A program made the position numbers and the translations under genes. Source: an uncultured bacterium (lineage in GTDB: Bacteria; Edwardsbacteria; AC1; EtOH8). From it: a stretch of DNA of 64,000 nucleotides. The notes below the pieces were generated by a model that worked only from the letters and a program-made list of their open reading frames with translations, ran no database searches and was not told the DNA's origin. Shown one piece after another: positions 39,079-49,705 of the stretch (the first letter of the stretch is position 1; each line of letters opens with the position of its first letter). The stretch is taken from assembly GCA_963780225.1 (NCBI GenBank), contig CAWAAX010000003.1:96001-160000 (forward strand). Reading direction: 5' to 3'.

Positions 39079-42000
39079 TTATTTCAGTAGTAGCATTTTT
39101 TTGGTATTGCTGAAGGTAGTTGTTTCCAACCGGTAAAAATATAACCCGTTAGAGACAGCATTCCCGCTCTCATTTGTTCCCTGCCATGCTACAGTATAAT
39201 AACCGGATTTCTGGGGTTGATCAACTAAAATTTTTACCAGTTGCCCGTTTATGTTATAGATTTTGATTTTAACTATAGTCTCTTGAGGAAGTTGATAACT
39301 TATGACAGTTTCTTCATTGAAAGGATTGGGTCGATTTTGGAATAAAGGTATTTCCTGGATCGGACCTGTTGTCTCAGCAGACGCTGTGTAGCTGTAAACG
39401 TCACCGTCATGGGGAGGCCTTTGTCCTAGGGTGGAGGCAACCCAGATCTCGCCTTCCTCCGGTTTGGTTGACCAGGTTATTATCCTGGGGGTAACGGCGC
39501 CCCGGTTGAAATAAAAACGTGATCCACAGATATAAATATAGCTATAAACATCCGTTGGCCAATGATAGGAAACATAGCCTACACCCTTACTGCTTGCCGT
39601 TGGGCTTATGGCCCAGGCACTCTTTTTCATGCTGGACCAACTGTTGGAGGTATCCAGTGGAACCTTGACCCCGTTAGTAATATCCCATACTTCAGCCCAC
39701 AGAGTATCCAAGGTATCATGGGGGCCCTCCTTAACCTGCCATCTGATCTCATACTCGGATCCACGCCAAGGCCAGTATTGGTCTATGTTGGCATTGGCCC
39801 TTAGGGTGTCGGTTGAAGGAGGCCTTAATATGTTTACATCGTTTTTAATCTTAAATGAATAAGGGCTAAAGGTATTGCGGTCAACGGCGATTTTTATCTC
39901 TGCCACCACCCCGTCAATAGGGTCCGGTACCCATGACAAAGGATTCGCAGTTTGCGGGCAGTAAAATATTATGTTTGGAATTAGCAAAACAGATGTGGTT
40001 GCATCCCAAAAATCAAAGCCGTAAATGGGAGTATAATCATTGGCCGCGGTGGTGTCTTTTAGGATTTCCCGGAATCTCAGTTCATAACGGTGCCCATTCA
40101 ATAGAGACTGGTCGACTATATAAGGGTTTAAAAAAACTGTATTGGATCCTCCCGATACGTGTTCCCGGGAAGAGATGGTATCGTGCAGATTGTAAACGGT
40201 GAACGTCCCCAGGGAGATATCAGAGACAGTGTCCGGCCCCTCAGATAACCGTATTCTTAATTTGTAATTACAATCATTAGGTGAGGTAGAGGTATTCCAG
40301 GAATAAGAAGAAGTAGCCCATTCCGGTGATTGAGCTGTCAGGGATTTGATCGTGTCCCAACTGCTGCCTTCGTTGCGGGTATAATCCAGAAGAATTTTAC
40401 GGGAGTCAGTTTCTGACTCTCCCAAACGCCAGCGGATCTGATTTGAACCGGACCAGGTTTCGCCACCATTGGGGTCCAATAAATCCACGGTAGCACCGAA
40501 CCAGGTGCTTTTTGTTGATGCCACTCTAAAGCCATCGATATAAAATCCCTCGTAGGTCTCAGACCCGTCGCTGATGAAAGTAAATCTTATCCGGGCGGTA
40601 TCACCATAACCGTACTGTGAAAGATCATATATCTCTTCAGTCCAGTTTCCGGAAATCCCAAGCAATGAGTTTAGCGCTCCTCCGGAACCGATAAAACCCA
40701 AAGTATCCCACCGGCCGTTATAGAATATTTCAGTAAATAAGCCATCGGTGCCATAAAGCGCCAGACCGTAGGCCCGCCAAAAAGACAATTTGGAATTAGG
40801 GCCAAGGATAAATGGCGGGGATACCAACAGAGATTGCATATTGTTTATATATTGCCAGGTAGTTTCCTGGCCGCAATACCATGAGTTAACCCCTAAATAT
40901 TTACGGTGGCTGGTAATGTGCCAGAGGTCATTTGTGCCGCCGTGCGACCATCCCCCGGTTTCTGTCTCCATGCTGTCTATTAACCCGGTTTGACCCACCA
41001 CAAAGGCTAGGCTGTCGTCAAACGAATATCCGGCCCCGGAGCGAAGCCTTAGGTTTATCACTCCGACATGCGGGTTGGAGGATCCGGGAGATATGTAAAT
41101 CTTGAAATTAGATGCGGCAACCGAATCTGGGGAAACATTTCCCAATATTTTTATGGTATCAATAAGAATTAAAGAAGTATCCGCGGTGCTAAGACCGCAA
41201 GCAACTTCTTTTGCGATTCCCAAGCCTTTGTTTTTTATGTTGAGGTTTAAACCGATGGTTTCTCCGGGCTCGGCTACGCCATTATTGTTGCCTGCGGTAT
41301 CGGTTATTTCATGGTTGTAATAGGAAAGAACGGGTGTAGCCACCAGCATCGATATTGAAGTTGGCCAGGTGTTGTTAAAACTATCGGAGATTTGGAAGTC
41401 GAAAACCAGGGCGTGTTTATTGGTGGCGTTTTTCGATACAGTGAAACTATACTCGCCGGGACCTGAGCTGGAGTCTCCCGCTGGAATGTTTCCGTAAACT
41501 TGCTGGGAATCAAGAATCGAAACCAAGGAATCCCCGCATTGCATTTTTGCCGAAACCATTGACGCACCCAAATTTCCGAAGTTTTTCAACATAACCGGCA
41601 AATAAACGGTTTCTCCGGGATTTATCAGACCGTCTCCGTTTCCCCCGGTGGAATCGTCAATAGTATAACGGATGATATCCAGATAGGCCAGACTGTCGCC
41701 AACCAAAATATCGGCCTGGTAGGGGAGGTGGTTTTGGGCAGTCACCGTAATGGTCAATTTTCCTGCCGAGGCCGGCGCCACGTCAAACAATGCTTCCCCG
41801 CCGGCAGATGAAAATTCCCGCAGGTATACTTCAGTTCCCTTTTGCAGACAGACCAGTGCGTTTTCTATGGGCAGTGTTCCATTGCTTATGCTCACTCGTA
41901 CCTGGCCGGGGCCGAGAGGTATGATTTGAGGACACAAAACAGTCAACGTTTTCGGGGTATCGGTCCATATCGGCATCTCGGGGTCACCGATCAAGTTGAC

Positions 42001-43704
42001 ATCGTATTGATGCCAACGGTAGACATTTTCCTCCCGCGATTGGGCGATGTACGAGGCTTTAGCCTGGGCTAGGGTTATGCCGATCCGGTAAAAATTATTA
42101 TTAAAAAGCTCTCTGAAGAACGCGGCATCAAACAGGTCGGAATAACCGTATCCCGGGTTTCCCGGTGAGCCCCAGCCATAAGAGGTATTTCCGATATAGG
42201 CCACTCCGCCGCCGTTAGGGTTGTTTACAAAATGCTCGGATACCGCATCATAATCAAAAGCATTGGTCCAGCACCCTATGGAATAAAGAATGCCGTTTCT
42301 GGGGTTATTGGTAAAAGCATCCATCTGGGGAATATCGAAAAGCCCTATGGTGTACCACCCATGACCGTTATGATTGATAAGGTTTTGGCCCGAATTAACA
42401 GAATCAAAGCTGCTGCCTCCCAATCCCAGGGACTGATAATTTTTGGTTATAAAGTACCTGCCGGGAATAGATTCATCGTCAATCATGTTCTTGGCGATTC
42501 CCTCGTCAGTATAAGGGTAGGTCCAAAGAATATCGGCATCAAAAAGAGCTTTAAGCTGGTAATCGGTTGGGGGATACTTTTCATAGGTCAAGATCTTATC
42601 TACGAAGGCCCTGGCCTTATAAAGGTTATCTACCGAGGCCCTTCCCACAAATATGTCGGGATACAAGTCTACGCCGTCAGCCACTTCTCCGTAAATCGTG
42701 TTTCCGTTTGCATTCCAGGTGCCGTCAAGATCGGAATAGTATAAGTCACACGGAAAGATATTGTCCCGGCTTTCTTCCGTGCTCATTTCACAATCCATGG
42801 CATAGGCGTTTCTTACCGGAACAACGTTAACATCTCCTCCCAATAGCAGATAAGTAAGGCCCGAGTCTCTGTGAACAATTTTAACGTAGTTCCGGATTTT
42901 CTCCTGAATGTCGGTTCCGGGATAATTGGCTGACACCCACTCAACGCTTCTGATTGCGGCAGGGACGCCCTTGCTTGTTTTCCAATCGGCTAATCGCTGA
43001 AAAACTGTATCAAAAGGGGATTTGGTGATGATCAGATATTCTAAGGGTGAAAATCCGATATCCTTGGCAGTTATCGTAAGCGGAACGCTACCAGTAAGCG
43101 AGGAGATTGATTTTTCGTAAATTCTCTGGCGATTGTCCGGGAAAGTTACTGCCTTGTTAGTCTGGGAGTTGTCGTAATGGTAGAATATTTCAAAATCAAT
43201 TTGTGAATAAAAGTCAAGTTTCTTAATTCCGGGATAATATTGCAATGGATAGATCAGAATATCTATCAAGTGATTTGAGCTTAAAAAACCGGAGCCTTTA
43301 TTCTCGATGAGCTTTCCCGGATATTGACGGCTAGATTTATAAATAGACTCATTAGGGAGCGTAAAATGAATATTATTAGCTGCCTTGGAAAGTGCAACCT
43401 GGAGTTGGGCCGGAAAAACATTATAACTGCTGTCAACGGCCTCCTTTTTATAAGATTTTACGTTTACACTGTCTACAACGGCTTCTCTGGGAAGCGAAAC
43501 ATATTTCTTATCCACCGGGAGTTGGGGGGAGCCGGGGGAATCCATAAGTCCAAGTCCAGAAAGATAAACTTTATCGTAACCGCCAGCGACCTGTTTTATT
43601 TTCAATTCCGACTTTGTGTAATTAACGGTCACTGATTTGCTCAAGGCGCAATAGCCGGAAGGCGCCAAGAACAGTAAGACGATGATAAAGGAGTGTTTTT
43701 TCAT
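39079..43704 (-). CDS. C25 (gingipain) family cysteine peptidase with FlgD-Ig/T9SS-like C-terminal domain
   Basis: Signal peptide and propeptide, LLLGGD, NHNGHG and SIGC catalytic motifs, GDPEM, QNRPNPFN...KKMLLLK tail; lower GC. Confidence 0.88.
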   Translation of the reverse strand: MKKHSFIIVLLFLAPSGYCALSKSVTVNYTKSELKIKQVAGGYDKVYLSGLGLMDSPGSPQLPVDKKYVSLPREAVVDSVNVKSYKKEAVDSSYNVFPAQLQVALSKAANNIHFTLPNESIYKSSRQYPGKLIENKGSGFLSSNHLIDILIYPLQYYPGIKKLDFYSQIDFEIFYHYDNSQTNKAVTFPDNRQRIYEKSISSLTGSVPLTITAKDIGFSPLEYLIITKSPFDTVFQRLADWKTSKGVPAAIRSVEWVSANYPGTDIQEKIRNYVKIVHRDSGLTYLLLGGDVNVVPVRNAYAMDCEMSTEESRDNIFPCDLYYSDLDGTWNANGNTIYGEVADGVDLYPDIFVGRASVDNLYKARAFVDKILTYEKYPPTDYQLKALFDADILWTYPYTDEGIAKNMIDDESIPGRYFITKNYQSLGLGGSSFDSVNSGQNLINHNGHGWYTIGLFDIPQMDAFTNNPRNGILYSIGCWTNAFDYDAVSEHFVNNPNGGGVAYIGNTSYGWGSPGNPGYGYSDLFDAAFFRELFNNNFYRIGITLAQAKASYIAQSREENVYRWHQYDVNLIGDPEMPIWTDTPKTLTVLCPQIIPLGPGQVRVSISNGTLPIENALVCLQKGTEVYLREFSSAGGEALFDVAPASAGKLTITVTAQNHLPYQADILVGDSLAYLDIIRYTIDDSTGGNGDGLINPGETVYLPVMLKNFGNLGASMVSAKMQCGDSLVSILDSQQVYGNIPAGDSSSGPGEYSFTVSKNATNKHALVFDFQISDSFNNTWPTSISMLVATPVLSYYNHEITDTAGNNNGVAEPGETIGLNLNIKNKGLGIAKEVACGLSTADTSLILIDTIKILGNVSPDSVAASNFKIYISPGSSNPHVGVINLRLRSGAGYSFDDSLAFVVGQTGLIDSMETETGGWSHGGTNDLWHITSHRKYLGVNSWYCGQETTWQYINNMQSLLVSPPFILGPNSKLSFWRAYGLALYGTDGLFTEIFYNGRWDTLGFIGSGGALNSLLGISGNWTEEIYDLSQYGYGDTARIRFTFISDGSETYEGFYIDGFRVASTKSTWFGATVDLLDPNGGETWSGSNQIRWRLGESETDSRKILLDYTRNEGSSWDTIKSLTAQSPEWATSSYSWNTSTSPNDCNYKLRIRLSEGPDTVSDISLGTFTVYNLHDTISSREHVSGGSNTVFLNPYIVDQSLLNGHRYELRFREILKDTTAANDYTPIYGFDFWDATTSVLLIPNIIFYCPQTANPLSWVPDPIDGVVAEIKIAVDRNTFSPYSFKIKNDVNILRPPSTDTLRANANIDQYWPWRGSEYEIRWQVKEGPHDTLDTLWAEVWDITNGVKVPLDTSNSWSSMKKSAWAISPTASSKGVGYVSYHWPTDVYSYIYICGSRFYFNRGAVTPRIITWSTKPEEGEIWVASTLGQRPPHDGDVYSYTASAETTGPIQEIPLFQNRPNPFNEETVISYQLPQETIVKIKIYNINGQLVKILVDQPQKSGYYTVAWQGTNESGNAVSNGLYFYRLETTTFSNTKKMLLLK

Positions 43705-43718
43705 ACCGCCTCAAAAGT

Positions 43719-44528
43719 TTATATTTTTACTGCTTTCAACGAGAACATCAGCGGTATCAGGTCTTTTCCTCCGGGGAATCTCCAGCGCCCGTCCTTCCCC
43801 TTTTCCAAAAACGGAAAACAGTCATAACTGCAATAGGGGAACTCGTGCAGGAAATCGATCTTCAATCCCGCAGCCAGCAGGGTGGAGACCACTTCGGCCA
43901 GAGGGTGCTGCCATTCAAACGAAGGGTTCTGTGTCTTTTTGCTGTGGTCGGCGTAGGCGTAGCCGTCGTCCCACTTTTGGGGCTGGTCCTGGTGAAAGTA
44001 GGAGTATCTGGCCTTTAGCTCGGTGTCGGCTGAATCGTTGCTGAATACCGTGGCCACCGGGTGGAACTCGCGGATGTAAAAGAAACCGCCGGGTTTCAAG
44101 TATCTGCTGATCAACTCGGCCCACTTTGTCAGGTCCGGCAGCCAGCACAGCACCCCGCCCGAGGTGAAGACTATGTCGAATTTCTTGTCCAGATGCTGCG
44201 GCAGGTCGTAGACATTACAGCAGATGAACTCGGCCGGGACCTTCAGCTCGGAGCTCAAAGACTTGGCCAGGGCGATGGCCTTTTCCGAGAAATCCACCCC
44301 GGTTACGATCGCACCTTTGCGGGCCAGGGAAATGGCGTCCTGCCCGAACTGGCATTGCAGATGGAGGATTGATTTTCCCTTGATGTCTCCCAGTTCCTCG
44401 AGCTCTATCGGATCCAGGGTCTCGGCGCCTTGTTTGAAGCCTTCCAGGTCGTACATGGCCGAGCCGATGTTGATCTCGGTCAGCTCCTCCCACAGGGCTT
44501 TGTTGGTCTTAAGATACTTATCGCTCAT
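43719..44528 (-). CDS. Class I SAM-dependent methyltransferase
   Basis: LHLQCQFGQD, GVDFS, FDIVFTS, LKPGG. Confidence 0.88.
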   Translation of the reverse strand: MSDKYLKTNKALWEELTEINIGSAMYDLEGFKQGAETLDPIELEELGDIKGKSILHLQCQFGQDAISLARKGAIVTGVDFSEKAIALAKSLSSELKVPAEFICCNVYDLPQHLDKKFDIVFTSGGVLCWLPDLTKWAELISRYLKPGGFFYIREFHPVATVFSNDSADTELKARYSYFHQDQPQKWDDGYAYADHSKKTQNPSFEWQHPLAEVVSTLLAAGLKIDFLHEFPYCSYDCFPFLEKGKDGRWRFPGGKDLIPLMFSLKAVKI

Positions 44529-44681
44529 ATACTTTTCGGGGTAGACAGGATTAACATGGTTTATTATCAACTAAAGATCAGGTGATCTGGTATGTCATAA
44601 TCCGCTCTTTTTACACAACAATTTAAATTACATGGAATGATCTGTGAAAATCTGCGAAATCTGTGGATAGAAAAGCATGGT

Positions 44682-46035
44682 CTATTTTCCGATGCAGAAC
44701 TGCTCGAAGATCCTATTCAGCACCTCATCACCTATGCTCTGCCCGGTTATCTGCCCCAGGCTGTTGACCGCTTCCTTGATGTCCTGGGCCAGGAACTCCC
44801 AGGAGGCTTTTTTCTCCAAACCATCACTGGCATTATTCAGGAACCGGGCTGCCTGTTTCAACGCCTCCATCTGCCGGTTGTTGGCGGCCCCGGTCGCCCC
44901 GGCTTCCCAGTTATGTCCGCCGGTCAGGGTGTTTACAATGCTTTTCTCAAGTTCCTTAAGGCCGTCCTCGGTGATGGAGGATATCTTCAGCCATTTGTTT
45001 TCTATTTCAAGCTTTACCGGCAGGTCGCACTTGTTGGCCAGCACGATCCGGTTGAACGCTGAGGTCAGCTCAAGCAGTCTTTTGTCCTCATCAGTCAAGG
45101 CGCATCCGGCATCCAGCACCAGCAGCACCAGGTCGGCCTGCTCCATCTTGCCTTTGGCCCGTTCCACCCCTATCAGTTCTATGGCGTCGCTGGTCTCCCG
45201 CAGGCCGGCGGTGTCGAACAGCCTCAGCGGGATGCCCCCGATCTCTATCCAGCCCTCCAGCACGTCGCGGGTGGTGCCGGGCGAGGGGGTTACTATGGCC
45301 CGCTCCTCCTTCAACAGCATATTGAACAGGCTGGACTTTCCGGCGTTGGGCCGTCCGGCGATCACCACCCGGGCGCCGTCCTTCAGTATCAGCGAGGCCC
45401 GGCTGTCGTCCAGCAGACGTTGGGTCTTTTCCAAGGCTTGGTCTATGTCGTCTTTTATCTGTTTGAATTCGGCGGTCGGAATGTCCTCTTCGGGAAAATC
45501 CACCCAGGCTTCCAGCAGGGCCAGCAGGGAGATCAGTTTTTCCCGGACATCGCTTACTTTGCGGGAAAGCCCGCCCTCCAGCCTCTCCAGCGCGGCCTGG
45601 GCCGCAGTCTGGGTCCTGGCGTTGATGATGTCGCAGACCGCCTCGGCCTGGGCCAGGTCCAGCCGTCCGTTCAAATAGGCCCGCAGGGTGAACTCCCCGG
45701 GCTGGGCCTGACGGGCCCCGGCGTTCAAACAGACCTGCAAAACTGCCTGGGGAGCGGCGCGCGCCGCCGTGGCAGGTTATTTCCGCCATGTCCTCGCCGG
45801 TGAAGGAATGAGGGGCCTTCATTACGGCCAGCATGGCCTGGTCGGCGGACAAACTTTTGTCTCCGGTGATCTTTCCCAGATGCAGGGTGCGGGAGGGCAT
45901 TTGGCTGGGGAGCAGTTTGCCTTTAAAGACGGCATCGGCGATCTCCAGCGACCTTGGGCCGGAGACCCGTATCATGCTCAAGGCGGCCGGGCCGCTGGCG
46001 GTGGAAATGGCGGCTATGGTGTCTTGTTGGGGCAT
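44682..46035 (-). pseudogene. mnmE: tRNA modification GTPase MnmE, frameshifted near 45762 (possible sequence error)
   Basis: DTIAAIST, SFTGED, CHGG in one frame; PGEFT, GRPNAGKSS, DTAG, NKCD, FCIGK in another. Confidence 0.9.
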
Positions 46036-46089
46036 CGAAGATCTAAAAATAAAAAATGAAAAACAAAAAATGACGACGATGGGTGGTCC

Positions 46090-46728
46090 TCACTGGTGCA
46101 CGGCCACAAAGGTTCCCTCCTTGCAGTTGAGGGCTTTGATCCAGGCTTCCTGGTCGTCCCGGCCGTTGATGGTGCAATGCTGGAGCTCGCCGTCCTTGAT
46201 CTCGATTCTTCCGTTGCAGCCATGGGGTGAAGTCAGCTCGATGACCCCGGTCCAGCCCCCGATGGAGAACATGTCCAGCAGGCTGAAGATGGAGACCACG
46301 GACAGCTGGTTCTCGAATTTTTTGGCTTTCTGGGAAAAAAGTTTTTTAGCCTGTTCGGCCTGCTTCAACCGGAGATTGACGGCCTTAAGCAGGTCGGACT
46401 TGTTGACAGGCTTAGTTAGATACTTGGTGGCCCCGATTGAATATCCGTATATCCGGCTCTCCTCATCGGCTTTGGCGGTCAGGAAGATGAAGGGGATGTT
46501 CTTGAGTTCGGGGTCTCCCTTTACCTGGCGGCAAAATTCGTAGCCATCCATGATGGGCATCATGACATCGGTCAGAATAAGCTGGGGCCGGTGCTGGCGG
46601 GCGGCCTCCAGGGCATCCTTGCCGTTGTGGGCCTTTAGTACTTGGTAGCCTTCTTTTTTCAGCTCGTATTCGATAATCCTGGCGATGTTGATCTCGTCAT
46701 CGGCCACCAGAACAGTGATAGGTTTCAT
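46090..46728 (-). CDS. Response regulator receiver with C-terminal DUF4388-like domain
   Basis: ADD, DVMMP, FLTA, KP; C-terminal LLDMFSIGGWTGVIEL...GRIEIKDGELQH. Confidence 0.8.
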   Translation of the reverse strand: MKPITVLVADDEINIARIIEYELKKEGYQVLKAHNGKDALEAARQHRPQLILTDVMMPIMDGYEFCRQVKGDPELKNIPFIFLTAKADEESRIYGYSIGATKYLTKPVNKSDLLKAVNLRLKQAEQAKKLFSQKAKKFENQLSVVSIFSLLDMFSIGGWTGVIELTSPHGCNGRIEIKDGELQHCTINGRDDQEAWIKALNCKEGTFVAVHQ

Positions 46729-46847
46729 GACGGATACCTTAATATTTATTTAGGATGTTTTTTGAAAACAAGGTCTTATTCGGTCCGGCGGAACAGGCGG
46801 AATAAAATAAAAGAATACTACAAAAAACAACTAAAATCAAGGCAAAT

Positions 46848-46882
46848 AAAAAAGGCTCTCCCAGTTTTAGAGAGCCTTTTTT
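46848..46882 (-). terminator. Terminator after jag
   Basis: aaaaaaggctctc-N9-gagagcctttttt. Confidence 0.75.
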
Positions 46883-46901
46883 ATTTTAAAAGATTCTGAC
46901 A

Positions 46902-47933
46902 TTACCTGGTATTTCTTTTCTTGGACCTGGGAGCGAAAGAGGACATATCCACCGGGGCCTGTGGTCTGGTATTATCCGACCGGAGTTCTGGGGTAGCAGG
47001 CCTGGGCGGGACTGCCTTGGGGGCCGGGCGCCGGCTGCGATCCTGGAAGGTTCTTTCCGGCATGGCGGCAGGCTTGGGGGCTGCCGGCCTGGGAGCCATC
47101 GGTGCCGCTGGTCTGGGCGCTGCCGGAGCCGGTCTGGGGGCCGGCTTGGGGCCCATGGGAGCGGCTGGTCTAGTAGCGGGCCGGGGGGCCGGTCTGGCCG
47201 GAGCCTGGGCCGCAGGTTTGCCGCCGGGCCTCGGTCCGTCGCGGCGTGGGCCGCGCTGCTGCTCTGCCGGGCGCCGGTCGTTGCGGTCAGGCCGCCGGGT
47301 GGCAACCGGAGCCCCGGGAGCGCCTTTAAGGGAGATGATCACCCGGCGCCGGTCTCCGTTTCCCACCGCCAGGGTCTTGACGTCGGCGTGCTTCTCCAGG
47401 GCCTGGTGCACCAGTTTGCGCTTGTGGGGCGGCATGGGCTCCATCTCGTATTCCTTGCCGCTTTGCTTAACTTTTTCGGCCAACTCCAGAGCCCGGGTCT
47501 TAAGATCGTCGTTCTGCGATTCCAGAAAACCGCCGATATCCAGCCGTATGTCATACTCCGATTCCCGGAAAATTTTGTTGACCAGATAGTCCATGGCTTC
47601 GATGGCCGCGCCCCGGTTGGCCTTCAGGTATTTGTCGCCGGTGGGGCAGTCGATGCTGGCGATCAGCAGATTGCCCTCTTCTCTAAAGCTTTTAACTTCA
47701 CCGGGCATGCCCATCTTCTCCAGCAGGGTCTCCACCATGCTCTTGACCTTGGGGCGGGGCATGAGTTTGATGCGGACCTTGGCCGGCTTGGCCCCGAAGA
47801 TCCCCAGGAATCCGGAGGAGCCCAGCGAGACGATCTCCACTTCGGTGTCTTCGCGGCGCACTCCCAGTTCCAGCAGACCCTTTTCCAGGGCCTGCTCTAC
47901 TGTCTTTCCCTCTTTTTCGATGATTAGGCTCAT
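46902..47933 (-). CDS. jag: RNA-binding protein Jag/EloR (KhpB) with Pro/Ala-rich tail
   Basis: GKTVEQA..GFLG Jag_N domain, KH, R3H (RKLVH); follows yidC. Confidence 0.9.
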   Translation of the reverse strand: MSLIIEKEGKTVEQALEKGLLELGVRREDTEVEIVSLGSSGFLGIFGAKPAKVRIKLMPRPKVKSMVETLLEKMGMPGEVKSFREEGNLLIASIDCPTGDKYLKANRGAAIEAMDYLVNKIFRESEYDIRLDIGGFLESQNDDLKTRALELAEKVKQSGKEYEMEPMPPHKRKLVHQALEKHADVKTLAVGNGDRRRVIISLKGAPGAPVATRRPDRNDRRPAEQQRGPRRDGPRPGGKPAAQAPARPAPRPATRPAAPMGPKPAPRPAPAAPRPAAPMAPRPAAPKPAAMPERTFQDRSRRPAPKAVPPRPATPELRSDNTRPQAPVDMSSFAPRSKKRNTR

Positions 47934-48064
47934 TTTGATCTCATCCGATGTTTGGTTGTCGCTTAAAATTTTACCACAAGTTCCCCACTAAAAACACGAA
48001 ACGATCCGAAACCTTTTTTATTTTAGTGTCTTTTAGTGGGCAGGTTTTCAGGTACGGAGCAGGT

Positions 48065-49693
48065 TCAGGCTTCGGCCGGAGGCTGGGTCCTGATCTGGAT
48101 CAAGTACTGCTCGCCGATGGACAGGATGTTGTTGATCAGCCAGTAAAGGTTCAGGCCGGCCGGCAGGCTCATGAAAATGAACACCATAAACACCGGCATC
48201 ATGTAGACCATCATCTTCTGCTTGGGATCCACCGTGGTCATCTTCTGCTGGAAGAACATAGCCACGCCCATCAGGACCGGCAGCAGGCTTAATGATTCCC
48301 AGCCTACGAAGGGCAGCTTGCCTCCGAAGCTGACGATGCTGTCGGGCAGGCTCAGGTCGGTGATCCACAGCATGAAGGGCGCCTGGCGCAGTTCTATGGT
48401 GTTGATCAGCACGCTGTACAGGGCAAAGAACACCGGCATCTGCAACACCAGGGGAATGCAGCCGGAGAAGGGGTTGACCCCGTGCTTCTTGTAAAGGGCC
48501 ATGGTCTCCTGATTCAGCTTGCCGGGGTCGTTCTTATGCTGTTCCTGGACCTTCTTTAAATGGGGTTGAAGGTGCTGCATCTTCTTCATCGACCGCATGC
48601 CGGTGTAGGTCAGGGGAAAGAAGACCAGTTTCATCAGCACCGAGAAGATGATGATCACCACCCCGTAGTTGGGGATGAAATTATGCAGGGAGCGCAGGAA
48701 CCAAAGGATGCCCCGGGAGATGGGCTGGATCCACTTCCAGCCGGTGTCGGCGATCTTGTCCAGCGACGGGTCCACCTTGGCCAGCATGCCGTGGTCGATG
48801 GGACCCAGGTAGACTGCGATCTCGTCCCCGGTATTGGCGGTCAGGGGCAGGCCCAGCGAGGTGGTCAGACGGTACTGGCCCTTTAAGCCCTGTTGGACCG
48901 AGGCGCCCTTCCGGCTTTTGGGGACCAGGGCGGCCACGAAATACTTGGTCCGCACCCCGCAGTAGGCGATGTTGCCCTCGATGATCGGCAGTTCCTTGTT
49001 CTTGGCCAGCTTGCTCAGATTGTCTAACACTACATCCTTGCCCAGCATGGCCAGGGCTGAGAATTCCTTATGGTCCAGGTCCTTGTTCTTTTCGGTGGCG
49101 TTCAGGCCGCAGTCCCAGGCCAGGTTATACTTGGAGCTTAAGTAAACGTTTTCAGGCGCCGTGATCTTGATCTTCAAACTTAATCCCGGGGCGTTCTCCA
49201 GCAGTCCATAGGTCTTTTGGATCACCACTCCGTCGGCCAGCCTGGCCTGATAGGTGATGCTGCCGTCGAATTCCTGGCCCGTCTCGAACACCACGTCCGA
49301 AAGGTCAACCGGCTGCCCGGCCACGGAAAGGTTCATGGTCAGGGCCCGGCCGCTGTCGGGGATCATCTGCACCGGCTGGCCGTCGGGTCCCATATAATCC
49401 AAAAGCCGGTAACCGGACAGGGCGGCTCCCTGGCTGGTCAGCACGGCTTCAAAGCCTTTTCCCTTAAGGATCTTTTGGGTGACGGGCAGTCCGGGGGTCT
49501 TGAGTTTGGGGCTTTTGGCCGGCGCGGCCGAGGGCTGGGCCAAAACGGCCTGAACGACTGCCGGTTCTGAGGCGGCCGGAGCAGTCTGCTGGACAGCAGG
49601 CTGGGGGGCCGGTTTGGGCATCAGGAACTGGAAGCCCAGGAACACCGCCAGGATCAGGATGATGGCCAGCAATAACCTTTTATTGGAATCCAT
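48065..49693 (-). CDS. yidC: Membrane protein insertase YidC
   Basis: NYGVVII, GVNPFSGCIP..LQMP, WITDLS.PD, GLNLYW. Confidence 0.96.
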   Translation of the reverse strand: MDSNKRLLLAIILILAVFLGFQFLMPKPAPQPAVQQTAPAASEPAVVQAVLAQPSAAPAKSPKLKTPGLPVTQKILKGKGFEAVLTSQGAALSGYRLLDYMGPDGQPVQMIPDSGRALTMNLSVAGQPVDLSDVVFETGQEFDGSITYQARLADGVVIQKTYGLLENAPGLSLKIKITAPENVYLSSKYNLAWDCGLNATEKNKDLDHKEFSALAMLGKDVVLDNLSKLAKNKELPIIEGNIAYCGVRTKYFVAALVPKSRKGASVQQGLKGQYRLTTSLGLPLTANTGDEIAVYLGPIDHGMLAKVDPSLDKIADTGWKWIQPISRGILWFLRSLHNFIPNYGVVIIIFSVLMKLVFFPLTYTGMRSMKKMQHLQPHLKKVQEQHKNDPGKLNQETMALYKKHGVNPFSGCIPLVLQMPVFFALYSVLINTIELRQAPFMLWITDLSLPDSIVSFGGKLPFVGWESLSLLPVLMGVAMFFQQKMTTVDPKQKMMVYMMPVFMVFIFMSLPAGLNLYWLINNILSIGEQYLIQIRTQPPAEA

Positions 49694-49705
49694 AAGTTTG
49701 CTAAA

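Noticed and set aside
44643..44670. DnaA-box-like TGTGGATAG downstream of mnmE
   Set aside because: Part of an ATCTG(T/C)G periodic repeat and mismatched to consensus; no box cluster.
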